The position numbers were made by a program, and so were the translations under genes. Below are positions 19,678-28,921 of a DNA stretch of 64,000 bases, piece after piece (position 1 is the stretch's first letter; each line of letters starts with the position of its first letter). The notes under the pieces were generated by a model. It was not told where the DNA came from and searched no databases. It saw only the letters and a program-made list of their open reading frames with translations. Source of the DNA: Candidatus Bathyarchaeota archaeon. Its GTDB lineage: Archaea; Thermoproteota; Bathyarchaeia; Bathyarchaeales; Bathycorpusculaceae. The stretch covers positions 1 through 64,000 of the forward strand of contig CAVZIW010000002.1 of assembly GCA_963775465.1 (NCBI GenBank). The letters run 5' to 3'.

Positions 19678-20913
19678 ATGGGTTTGACGCAAAAAACTAG
19701 GCTAGTGGTTTTCGATGTTGAAGGAGTGCTAATTCCTAAAAACCGATTCTTTTTTGAAGTAGGCAAAAGTTTAGGTCTTCTAAAATTGATCAAGATTCTT
19801 TTCTTCGGATTTCTATACGAATCAGGTATTTTAAAGCTTGATTCAACGTTTAAGCACATTTTTAAAGATTTGAAAGGTATAAAGTTAGAAACTTTAGTAA
19901 CCATCTTCAGCAAAATCCCTGCTACACCATACCTCCAGAGTTTTTTCTGTCAACTCAAATCCCGAAACTGCAAAATTGCCCTAATAAGTTCAGGACTTCC
20001 ATCAATTATCGTTAAGAAACTATCCGATATCCTTGGTGCTGATTATGCTTATGGAATCGAAGTTGAAACCAACAATGGAAAACTAACCGGTCAAATAGCG
20101 GGCGATGCAATTGAGAAGAGTGGAAAACTCAAGATTTTGCTTGAAATTCTCAATCAAGAAAGTTTGCAAATAGCTGATTGCATAGTTGTCGCAGATGATC
20201 GCAATAACAGTTGTATTTTTATGCCAGAGGTGCTAAAAATCGGCTTCAACCCGGATTTCATAATTAGAGTCAAAGCAGACAGAGTCGTAAATGGCAAGCT
20301 CTCATCGGTTCTGCCCATCATCGATGGGGAAGCTCATCAACGCTCTTTTCCATCAGCTAATGATTTAGTCAGAGAAGACATTCACGCGGCAGGTTTTTTT
20401 ATGCCTGTCATCGCTGGTTTAATCGGCATCCCCATTGTTGCTTCAATTATACTGCTAATAGCCATCATTTACACCACATCTGAAATCTTTCGTCTAGATG
20501 GACGCGAATTGCCCTTTGTTTCCACAATTACTCGCCACGCTGCTTCCCAATCGGAACTTTATGGATTTGCAGCAGCACCACTATACTTCGCGGCGGGAAT
20601 ATTGGCTACTCTGGTTCTTTTCCATTCCAACGCTGGAGCTGCAGCAATAGCCATTTTTTGCTTAGGTGATAGCACTGCTTCATTATTCGGGGGGCTTATT
20701 TCAACTTCTTTGCCGTTTAATAAAGGTAAAACTTGGGAGGGTTCATTGGCTGGGTTTTTCTTTGCTTTTTTGGCTGGAACCTTTTTTGTGTCTCCACTTT
20801 TGGCGTTGGTTGGAGCAGCGATTGCTATGACTATTGAAGTCTTGCCTCTACCAATAAACGATAATATTCTTGTGCCAATAATAACGGGCTTAGCGCTGAC
20901 GTTACTTATCTAA
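19678..20913 (+). CDS. HAD (SerB-like) phosphatase fused to CTP-dependent dolichol/phytol kinase-like membrane domain
   Basis: FDVEG, ISSG, K, ADD; C-terminal GDSTASLFG, KTWEGS, NDN. Confidence 0.8.
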   Translation: MGLTQKTRLVVFDVEGVLIPKNRFFFEVGKSLGLLKLIKILFFGFLYESGILKLDSTFKHIFKDLKGIKLETLVTIFSKIPATPYLQSFFCQLKSRNCKIALISSGLPSIIVKKLSDILGADYAYGIEVETNNGKLTGQIAGDAIEKSGKLKILLEILNQESLQIADCIVVADDRNNSCIFMPEVLKIGFNPDFIIRVKADRVVNGKLSSVLPIIDGEAHQRSFPSANDLVREDIHAAGFFMPVIAGLIGIPIVASIILLIAIIYTTSEIFRLDGRELPFVSTITRHAASQSELYGFAAAPLYFAAGILATLVLFHSNAGAAAIAIFCLGDSTASLFGGLISTSLPFNKGKTWEGSLAGFFFAFLAGTFFVSPLLALVGAAIAMTIEVLPLPINDNILVPIITGLALTLLI

Positions 20914-21170
20914 CATGTCTTATTTTCTTGCGAATTGATAAGATCGATTTTTTGCTGGCGGCTCAGTTTTTTTATTGTACGTTCCCTTTTCATTGCCTGG
21001 CTTCTTGAATCAAGATCTTCCACATACGCAATTTTTTGGGGTTTATGAGATTTAGTGTATTTTGCACCCTTTCCATTTTCATGCTGTTTTGTCCGTTCAG
21101 CCAAATTCTTGGTGTAACCAGTGTAGAAACTTCCATCTGTACATTGTAGTATGTAAACGTAGAACACCAT
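20910..21170 (-). CDS. GIY-YIG nuclease (UPF0213)
   Basis: FYVYIL..DGSFYTG..R..QH..G.GAKYT. Confidence 0.9.
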   Translation of the reverse strand: MVFYVYILQCTDGSFYTGYTKNLAERTKQHENGKGAKYTKSHKPQKIAYVEDLDSRSQAMKRERTIKKLSRQQKIDLINSQENKTC

Positions 21171-21180
21171 TTGGCGCTTA

Positions 21181-21858
21181 TTACTCCATGACATTATTTG
21201 GGACGTAATCGTAGACTACGCCTTTCTGCATAGCCCTTCTAAGGTAAGCTTCAGGGTCAATTTCTTGCACTTTCGCTCGGTCAACATCTATAATGTATAT
21301 TTCTTGTATGCGTGCATTGCGTATTTCTTCATCGGTAATCAGCGGTTTTTGGTAGTATACATCACAGAGTCGTTTGATTTGGGCGATCTCTTGGTCTGAA
21401 CGGTTTCTAGGCGGCTTAGCTAACGTCTGCGGAAAAGGTAGAATGTAATGTGGGGGAACTCCTAACACGAATTTTCCTGAGAAACTGCTGTAGCGGATTA
21501 TTTTGCTAGCTAGTCTTGCTGTAGTATAAGTCAATGGTGCGAGAGCGTTTTCAGGTGGTATGTACCCCGTTTCTATTTCCACGACAAGGTTTCCGTAGCC
21601 CTTTATGGCATATAAGTCGCAAGTTAAAATATCATTGAGAGGATATTCGATTTGGACTTCGAAACCCTTCTGGATGAGGTATTTGGCGCACACCAACTCC
21701 ATAACGGAGTGGTTGATTTTAACGACATTTTCCTTCTGCAGTTTGATTAGCCAATCTTTTAGCATGTTAAGTTTGTTTTCAACTTCCGAGCTACTATCTG
21801 AGGTTAATCTGCAAAGGAGCGTAGTTAGATCTTGCTCAAATTTTTGCCTGTTGCTCAT
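21181..21858 (-). CDS. Conserved archaeal protein, PD-(D/E)xK-like fold
   Basis: HSVMEL...EYP...CDLYA..VVEIETG. Confidence 0.65.
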   Translation of the reverse strand: MSNRQKFEQDLTTLLCRLTSDSSSEVENKLNMLKDWLIKLQKENVVKINHSVMELVCAKYLIQKGFEVQIEYPLNDILTCDLYAIKGYGNLVVEIETGYIPPENALAPLTYTTARLASKIIRYSSFSGKFVLGVPPHYILPFPQTLAKPPRNRSDQEIAQIKRLCDVYYQKPLITDEEIRNARIQEIYIIDVDRAKVQEIDPEAYLRRAMQKGVVYDYVPNNVME

Positions 21859-22111
21859 TCCGTTTTACCTGCTAATACTATCAGCTTGTTAATCATATTA
21901 CCTGACTATTTGTTTTAAGGATATAAAAATGAAAATACATAAATTGATTGACTGATAGCCCGAAAAACTTAGCAAAAGATTTTTCAGCATTAACTATTTC
22001 TGGACTGCATACTTTAAGCTGCGATTGATAGATTTCGCTAACAGTTTGAATAACATATGTCGAAGCTTTCTGTTTACTTAAGCTTGATCTTGACTTGCCA
22101 CTTTTTATTTG

Positions 22112-22291
22112 TTAAACAACAGAGAGTACTAACCTTGTATTTGGCACGTCAACCTCAACGATTCTGTAGCCTTTAAACTCTTTAGATTCACCAATGATAT
22201 TTTTGACTATCACGTTGTCGTCTTCAACTTTAGAGTATATTACATCTCTGAATTGGATTTTACCGTCTAAGATTATGTTAAATTCACACAT
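22112..22291 (-). CDS. CooT-family small nickel-binding protein (59 aa, not in ORF track)
   Basis: MCEFNIILDGKIQFRDVIYSKVEDDNVIVKNIIGESKEFKGYRIVEVDVPNTRLVL. Confidence 0.8.
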   Translation of the reverse strand: MCEFNIILDGKIQFRDVIYSKVEDDNVIVKNIIGESKEFKGYRIVEVDVPNTRLVLSVV

Positions 22292-22440
22292 GCTAAATCA
22301 CAATAGTGGAAAAGCAAAATCTTGGTTATAAGGGCTCCCACGAAAATAATAATGCATACTGTAAAAAACAACTCCAATAACTCTTTTTGGTAAAACCGCA
22401 AAATAAACAAGTTATAATCAAGCTAAAGTTAGCTGCTTTC

Positions 22441-22851
22441 TTACCAGCTTCGAAGCACAATCATTGTATTGGTTTTCATGATGCCTTCAACTCGGCGAAT
22501 TTTCTCTATACACTCATTGACTTCCGTAACACTCAATCCGCTTATTACTGCCACGATATCGTATTCACCTGTCACTTCGTAAATTGTTTCAACATTGGGC
22601 ATGGCTTGGATTTTCTTGGAAACCTCTACCGTTGGATAAGCTGGGTTGGTTGCCAGCAATGTTATTGCTTGGGCGCCTTCACCAACACCTATTTTAACCG
22701 TGAATTTTCTAATTACGTTTTCATCGGACAGCGTTTTAATTCTTTTTCGTACGGCGCCTTCTGATAACCCTACTTTGGTGCCTATGTCGCCGTACCCTGA
22801 TCTAGCGTCATCTTTCAAAAGTTTTAATATTTGCTTGTCTTTCTCATCCAT
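22441..22851 (-). CDS. lysM: Lrp/AsnC regulator LysM
   Basis: MDEKDKQIL, SEGAVRKRI HTH, YEVTGEYDI; divergent from lysW. Confidence 0.85.
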   Translation of the reverse strand: MDEKDKQILKLLKDDARSGYGDIGTKVGLSEGAVRKRIKTLSDENVIRKFTVKIGVGEGAQAITLLATNPAYPTVEVSKKIQAMPNVETIYEVTGEYDIVAVISGLSVTEVNECIEKIRRVEGIMKTNTMIVLRSW

Positions 22852-23012
22852 TATTTTAGCCGTTTGTTTAATAGTTTTGAAAAATTTAACGTTTTCCATA
22901 TTTAACATTCAATGCAGAATACGCTTTTCGCCATTTCTAATGCGATTAGTGCGATTTTCCTCAACGTGTTATGGGAAAGCTTGCACCAAATGGAACATTA
23001 AAAGTCCAACTT

Positions 23013-23040
23013 GTTACAAATTAGTCGCAATGTTTAAAAA
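23013..23040 (+). promoter_or_regulatory. Operator-like motif plus TATA box upstream of lysW
   Basis: GTTAC-N6-GTCGC-N4-TTTAAAAA. Confidence 0.55.
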
Positions 23041-23091
23041 TGAAGGTGAATTTATCAGAAAGACATTTCCAAAAAACAAAAGTGACGAAAA

Positions 23092-23298
23092 ATGATTAAA
23101 CCCATAAACTCAAACCAGCCAAACGCAAAAGCAAAATGCCCAGACTGTGATGCAGATCTTGATGTTCCATGTGACACCGAAAAGGGTGAAATTCTAAGTT
23201 GCCCAGGTTGCGGCTTGGAACTAGAAGTTAAGCAGGTAAGTGGCGGATGCGTTGACCTTCAAGAATTAACTATTGAAGGCGAAGACTGGGGCGAATAA
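23092..23298 (+). CDS. lysW: Amino-group carrier protein LysW
   Basis: CPDC...CPGC, C-terminal EDWGE. Confidence 0.97.
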   Translation: MIKPINSNQPNAKAKCPDCDADLDVPCDTEKGEILSCPGCGLELEVKQVSGGCVDLQELTIEGEDWGE

Positions 23299-23370
23299 AC
23301 AGTATCTACAACCTTCTCCTTACACATTGAACAATCTTTTTAACAAAAAATAAATTCTGAGGACAAAGCG

Positions 23371-24556
23371 ATGAGCATCGCACTTCTCTATGAACGCTCC
23401 GAAAGCGATGAAAATGGCATAAAACTCACCGCCCAAGACCTTGGAATAGACTTAGTTTTTATTCCTTTTCGAAAAATTGCTCTTTCAATTTCTAAAGAAG
23501 GTTTTAGTGCTAAAACCAAAGGCAAAGACTACACCTCGACAATTCAAGACACAGCTGTTGTTCTTAATCGAGCTCAGAGTAAGAATCGTCGACTCCAAGC
23601 TTCCTACATTATGGAGCAACTAGGCAAAAAAACCTTAAACTCCTCCCAAATAGAGTTCATTTGCTACAGCAAACTCCGAACTCTCCTTAATCTACACAAT
23701 GAAGATATTCCTATCCCAAAAACCATCTTCGTACCCTGTGATGCAACCGATACCCTAAAAAACGGCAGAGAAATTCACAACCAAAAAGACATCGCTGACC
23801 TATTCGAGCAAGAAATCCCCCTATCTCAAGGTATTGTAATCAAAGCCGACGCAGGCACTCACGGAAAAATGATAATGCTCTCTCAAAACCGCGAAGAACT
23901 AGAAGCGCATATCAAAGAAACAAAACCCACGATCATTAATCCGATTGGTGTGGTCGCCCAGGAACTTGTTCAAAAATGGTTCTACGATTTACGAATAATC
24001 GTTTCCAAAGAGAAAGGTAAACAACCTATTTGTTTCCAAACGGCAATGGCTCGAGCAGGCTTCAAAGATTTCCGAACAAACACTTTTCTTGGCAACTTAG
24101 TCTTCCACGCAAAATTGCCTTTGGATATTCAGGAGTTGGCCGTTAAATGCGGCAAAGCTCTCAGCAAAGATAACGATGCTTGGATCTTCGCGTTAGATGC
24201 AATGGTAAACGTTGGTGAAAACAAAAACACCGATGATGCTTATCTGAAAGAAGAATTGGATAAAGCTACACAAGCGTTTCAATCCAGTTCAGAAAGTAAA
24301 GTCAGACGAAACGCGGCTAACGGACTTCCAAGGTTGGACTGGAAAATTAGAAAAAGCATTTGAAACCTACAAGAATACATCAGCATACGAAAACATTAAA
24401 GACATTATTGAAGAAAGTGTAGAAAAAAATGAGAGTGCGCTGGTGTTCCATGAGGCGAATTCTTGCCCAGAATTCTGGGAGAATACCCGACTCGCGACAG
24501 GGCTCAACGTGGCAATTCCTTTGTTGAAGGGGGCTAAGAGCCTAATCGACAATTAA
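23371..24556 (+). CDS. lysX: LysX/ArgX-like ATP-grasp ligase with frameshift near 24280
   Basis: YDLRI, FRTN, ALD; after shift HEANSCPEF...LNVA to TAA 24556; position in lysW cluster. Confidence 0.75.
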
Positions 24557-24577
24557 AATAACAAAAGAGGGAAAAAA

Positions 24578-25630
24578 ATGAAAATAGGAATAATTGGCGG
24601 TTCAGGATATGTTGGAAGCGAACTACTGCGACTGCTCTTGATGCATCCAGAAGTAGAGGTTACTATGGTTACTTCACGACAAAGCGCAGGAGAATATGTC
24701 TTTAACGTTCATCCAAACCTAAGAGGCTTAACACAACTAAAATTTGTTCCTCAAGACATGGCTGAATTACAAAATAACTGTGAATTAATTTTTACCGCTA
24801 CTCCACACGGTGGATCAGTAAACCTTGTCCCCAAACTTCTAGAGGTAGGTCTAAAAGTCATAGACATGAGCGCCGATTTCCGATGTACAAACCCTAAAGA
24901 CTACGAAACTTATTATGGCTGGATACATGCCCACCCAGAACTACTCAAAGAAGCCGCTTATGGACTCCCAGAGCTGCATCGCGAAGAGATAAAAAAAGCA
25001 AAACTAGTAGCTTGCCCCGGCTGCATGGCAACAAGCGCCATTCTGGGCTTAGCGCCTATTGTAAAAGCCGGGCTAGTGGATAACAGTAAACTTGTAGTTG
25101 ATCTCAAAGTAGGATCTTCAGGTGCAGGAAGTAAACCAACCCTCGCATCGCACCACCCGGAACGCTCCAGCGGAGCGCGCCCCTACCAAGTTTGCGGGCA
25201 CCGACACATCGCTGAAGTTGAACAAGAACTAAACGGTCTAACAAATGAACCAGTCAAAATCTCTTTTACTCCACATGCCGTAAACATGGTACGAGGTATC
25301 TTAGCCACAATTCACACCTTCCCCAAACAATCAGTCACTAGCAAAGATCTCTGGAAAGCACTCCGCGGAATGTACGGCAATGAACCTTTCGTTCGCTTAG
25401 TTAAATATCAAAAAGGCCCCTATCAACTGCCCGACCCCAAAATCACCATAGGCACAAACTTCTGCGACGTCGGCTTCGAAATCGACGAACATGCCAACCG
25501 CCTTATAATGTTCTCAGCCATCGACAACATGACAAAAGGCGCAGCAGGACAAGGCGTTCAATGCCTCAACCTACTTATGGGAATAGACGAAACCACAGGT
25601 CTTAAAAGCACTGGGTTCCATCCGGTCTGA
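24578..25630 (+). CDS. lysY: LysW-phosphate reductase (LysY/ArgC)
   Basis: GGSGYVG, ACPGC, GSSGAG, DNMTKGAAGQ. Confidence 0.93.
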   Translation: MKIGIIGGSGYVGSELLRLLLMHPEVEVTMVTSRQSAGEYVFNVHPNLRGLTQLKFVPQDMAELQNNCELIFTATPHGGSVNLVPKLLEVGLKVIDMSADFRCTNPKDYETYYGWIHAHPELLKEAAYGLPELHREEIKKAKLVACPGCMATSAILGLAPIVKAGLVDNSKLVVDLKVGSSGAGSKPTLASHHPERSSGARPYQVCGHRHIAEVEQELNGLTNEPVKISFTPHAVNMVRGILATIHTFPKQSVTSKDLWKALRGMYGNEPFVRLVKYQKGPYQLPDPKITIGTNFCDVGFEIDEHANRLIMFSAIDNMTKGAAGQGVQCLNLLMGIDETTGLKSTGFHPV

Positions 25631-25635
25631 TCGCT

Positions 25636-26445
25636 ATGTTGCTTGTCATTAAAATGGGTGGAAGTATTCTCAAAGAAGGCGCCTCTAGCGAATTAATCAA
25701 CGACCTTAAAGAAGTATCAAAAGCCAACAAAATTGTGCTTGTTCACGGAGGAGGCGCCGAAGTCACAGAAATTGCCAGTAAACTAGGCAAAGAACAGAAA
25801 TTCATAACGTCCCCCGAAGGATTTCGCAGCAGATACACCGACAAAGAAACCATCGAAATCTACACTATGGTTATGGCAGGCAAAATGAACAAACAAATAG
25901 TTTTGGCGCTTCAGAGTCAAGGTTTACCAGCAGTTGGTCTAAGCGGTCTTGACGCTGCCATCCTCAAAGCTGAACGAAAAACTCGACTCATCATTGTTGA
26001 TGAACGTGGTAGAAAAAAAGTCATTGACGGAGGATACACAGGCAAAATTACCGAAGTTAACACTGATCTTCTTAATTTATTACTGGAAAAAGACTACATT
26101 CCAATAGTTACTCCGATTGCACTTAGCCAAGACAACGAGCCCCTTAATGTGGATGGTGACCGAACTGCAGCTATAGTCGCAGGCGCACTAAAAGCCGATA
26201 AACTAATTCTCCTCACAGATGTCGAAGGATTGATGCTCAAAGGAGAACGTGTACCCAAAATTTCCCCAACAGAAGTTAGAGAAGTCCTCTCTATAATCGG
26301 AGGAGGCATGAGCACCAAAGTTCATGCAGGATTGGAAGCCTTAAACCAAGGAGTCAAAGAAGTTCTAATCACCTCAGGAATAGTAGAACAACCCATAACC
26401 TCCGTTCTTAATCATCAAGTTGGTACAGTGATAACCAGTGAATGA
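25636..26445 (+). CDS. lysZ: LysW-aminoadipate/glutamate kinase (LysZ/ArgB)
   Basis: KMGG, VHGGG, SRYTD, NVDGD, GGGM. Confidence 0.93.
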   Translation: MLLVIKMGGSILKEGASSELINDLKEVSKANKIVLVHGGGAEVTEIASKLGKEQKFITSPEGFRSRYTDKETIEIYTMVMAGKMNKQIVLALQSQGLPAVGLSGLDAAILKAERKTRLIIVDERGRKKVIDGGYTGKITEVNTDLLNLLLEKDYIPIVTPIALSQDNEPLNVDGDRTAAIVAGALKADKLILLTDVEGLMLKGERVPKISPTEVREVLSIIGGGMSTKVHAGLEALNQGVKEVLITSGIVEQPITSVLNHQVGTVITSE

Positions 26446-27649
26446 CAACGAAATAAAAGACATTGAAAACCGTTATCTGGCAAACGTATTCTCCAAAAAA
26501 CCAGTCGTTCTCACTCGAGGCAAAGGCTCTCTTGTTTGGGACATAAATGGTAGAGAATACATAGATAGCACAAGCAGCTACGGTGTTGCTGCACTAGGGC
26601 ACTGTCACCCCAAAATTGTCGAAGCAATAAACGCTCAAACAACCCAACTCATAACCTGCCACAGCTGCTACTACAACGATAAACGAGCAGAATTCATAGA
26701 GAAACTAATCAAAATCACACCTAAAGGCTTAGACAAAGCGTTTCTCTCCAACAGCGGTTCAGAAGCCGTTGAATGCGCTATAAAACTAGCACGCAAAGCC
26801 ACAGGAAAAACTGAAATCATCGCCCTTATGGGTTCCTATCATGGTAAAACAATGGGTGCTCTATCCGCAACATGGGACAAGAAATACCGTGCACCCTTCA
26901 TGCCTCTAGTACCCGACATAAAACATGTTGCACCAGATGACGCCGCTAAAATAGAGAATACAATAACTGAAAAAACAGCTGCAGTTCTCATGGAGCCGAT
27001 CCGCGGAGAAGGAGGAATTCGCGTTCCGCCAAACGGTTACCTTCAAAGAGTGCGAGAAATCTGCAAAAAAAACGACGTTCTACTAATACTAGATGAAGTT
27101 CAAACTAGTTTTGGACGCACAGGTAAACTATTTGGTTGCGAAAACTGGGATGTCACACCAGACATCATGTGTTTAGCTAAACCTTTTGCTGGAGGATTAC
27201 CCATAGGCGTCACAGTCGCAAAAGAAAATATCATGTCGACCTTTAAAGTTGGTGAGCACTCAACAACCTTCAGCGGAAGTCCAATCGTGTGTGCTGCAGG
27301 ATGTGCTGCTATTGACGTACTATTTGAAGAAAAACTCGCTGACAAAGCAGCCTCAGACGGCAAATACTTTAAAAACAAGCTAGAAGATTTGGCGACAAGA
27401 CATAAAATAATAAAAGAAATCCGAGGCTTAGGTTTAATGCTCGGCATAGAACTCCGTTACGACGTCTATGGTGTAATAACAAAGATGTTGAACAACGGTA
27501 TTCTAGTTATAGACGCAGGTCGAACAGTTATTCGCATGTTGCCGCCTCTAATTATTACAAGGCCACAAATAGATCTAATTATAACAGCGCTAGATAAAGC
27601 GTTGAGGGAAGAAGAAAATGAGCGAGGCAGCAGTACGATTCCTAACTAA
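26438..27649 (+). CDS. lysJ: LysW aminotransferase (LysJ/ArgD), class III PLP
   Basis: NSGSEA, YHGKT, DEVQT, LAK. Confidence 0.92.
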   Translation: MNDNEIKDIENRYLANVFSKKPVVLTRGKGSLVWDINGREYIDSTSSYGVAALGHCHPKIVEAINAQTTQLITCHSCYYNDKRAEFIEKLIKITPKGLDKAFLSNSGSEAVECAIKLARKATGKTEIIALMGSYHGKTMGALSATWDKKYRAPFMPLVPDIKHVAPDDAAKIENTITEKTAAVLMEPIRGEGGIRVPPNGYLQRVREICKKNDVLLILDEVQTSFGRTGKLFGCENWDVTPDIMCLAKPFAGGLPIGVTVAKENIMSTFKVGEHSTTFSGSPIVCAAGCAAIDVLFEEKLADKAASDGKYFKNKLEDLATRHKIIKEIRGLGLMLGIELRYDVYGVITKMLNNGILVIDAGRTVIRMLPPLIITRPQIDLIITALDKALREEENERGSSTIPN

Positions 27650-28745
27650 CTTATTAGGCATTTACAGCCCATCAGGAAAAGAAGAAGAAATAGCCAATTT
27701 TTTGGCTGAAAAAATGGAAAAAATGGGCTACGAAGTCGGCATCGACGCTATAGGCAATGTAATTGGCGTGATGGGAGAAGGCGAACCCGTAATTTTCTTA
27801 TGCGGACACATGGACACCGTAGCTGGGCATATGCCACTTCGAATTGAAGAAGGAAAAATATTTGCCCGCGGCGCAGTAGACGCCAAAGGTCCACTTGCCG
27901 CAATGGTTGTTGCAGCCTCTGCCGCCGCCAAAGAACCGGGCTTCAAAGGAAAAATTTTAGTTGCAAGCGTAGTTGAAGAAGAAGCTACCAGCCGTGGAGT
28001 TAGGCACTTGATTACTCAAGGTATCAAAGCAGACTACGCAATATTTGGAGAACCAAGCGGAGTAGAAAACGTGACCATAGGCTACAAAGGTCAGATTCAA
28101 CTCAAAATAGTTATAAAAACTCAAACTGGACATGCTTCAACACCATGGTTATATGATAATGCTTTGGAAAAAGCCTATGAACTCTGGAAACAAATAAAAA
28201 ACGCCTCTTCATATCCATCTCTGGACCCATCGGCAAGTCCCTACAACGCAGTCACAGCTTGCTTAATCAAAGTTGTAGGGGGCAGACCTACTTCAGTCGT
28301 TCCCTTCGAATCTGAAATGAACATAGATGTTCGAGTGCCAATACAATTCTCAACGTCGAAAGTTTTTGAGCAAATAAATAAGATAATTACCAGATACAAA
28401 ACTGCAAATCAAAACGTGTCAGTAAGAGCTACAGTTCTTGATACCGTTGAGCCGTTCGAAGTTAACAAAGCTTCACCACTCGTTCATGTGTTGGCATCTT
28501 CTGTTAGAAAAGTACTCAACAAACCAGCTACATTGCTTCATAAAACTGGAACAGGCGATATGAACATCCTTGGAAAAGCCATGAACCTTCCTATAGTCAC
28601 ATACGGACCTGGAGATTCACACCTCGACCATACCATTGATGAACACATTAAAATAAAAGAATACTTAGACTCGATCGAAGTCTACAAAGAAACAATTATC
28701 CGACTAGCAGAGTTTCACAACAAAAGCGGAAAATCCACAAATTAA
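27618..28745 (+). CDS. lysK: LysW-lysine/ornithine hydrolase (LysK/ArgE)
   Basis: GHMDTV, GAVDAKG, EEE, GTGDMN, YGPGD. Confidence 0.92.
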   Translation: MSEAAVRFLTNLLGIYSPSGKEEEIANFLAEKMEKMGYEVGIDAIGNVIGVMGEGEPVIFLCGHMDTVAGHMPLRIEEGKIFARGAVDAKGPLAAMVVAASAAAKEPGFKGKILVASVVEEEATSRGVRHLITQGIKADYAIFGEPSGVENVTIGYKGQIQLKIVIKTQTGHASTPWLYDNALEKAYELWKQIKNASSYPSLDPSASPYNAVTACLIKVVGGRPTSVVPFESEMNIDVRVPIQFSTSKVFEQINKIITRYKTANQNVSVRATVLDTVEPFEVNKASPLVHVLASSVRKVLNKPATLLHKTGTGDMNILGKAMNLPIVTYGPGDSHLDHTIDEHIKIKEYLDSIEVYKETIIRLAEFHNKSGKSTN

Positions 28746-28849
28746 TTGTTTTCGAAGTGGTAATTCTTCGGCATTTACTTGGTTTTCATTTCTTATTTTT
28801 ACAATACTGAATTGATTGTCAACTTGCCTGCTTGCTTAGGAAAAACCTT

Positions 28850-28866
28850 TTTGCATAGTATGCAAA
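28850..28866. promoter_or_regulatory. Palindromic operator candidate upstream of antiporter
   Basis: TTTGCATA-G-TATGCAAA perfect inverted repeat. Confidence 0.5.
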
Positions 28867-28921
28867 TCAAAACACACAACGAATATGCGTTTAGACGCTG
28901 AACCAGAAACGAGGATTAAAA

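Noticed and set aside
22912-23091. Short uORF upstream of lysW as Arg/Lys leader
   Set aside because: No Arg/Lys enrichment and it lies upstream of the likely promoter
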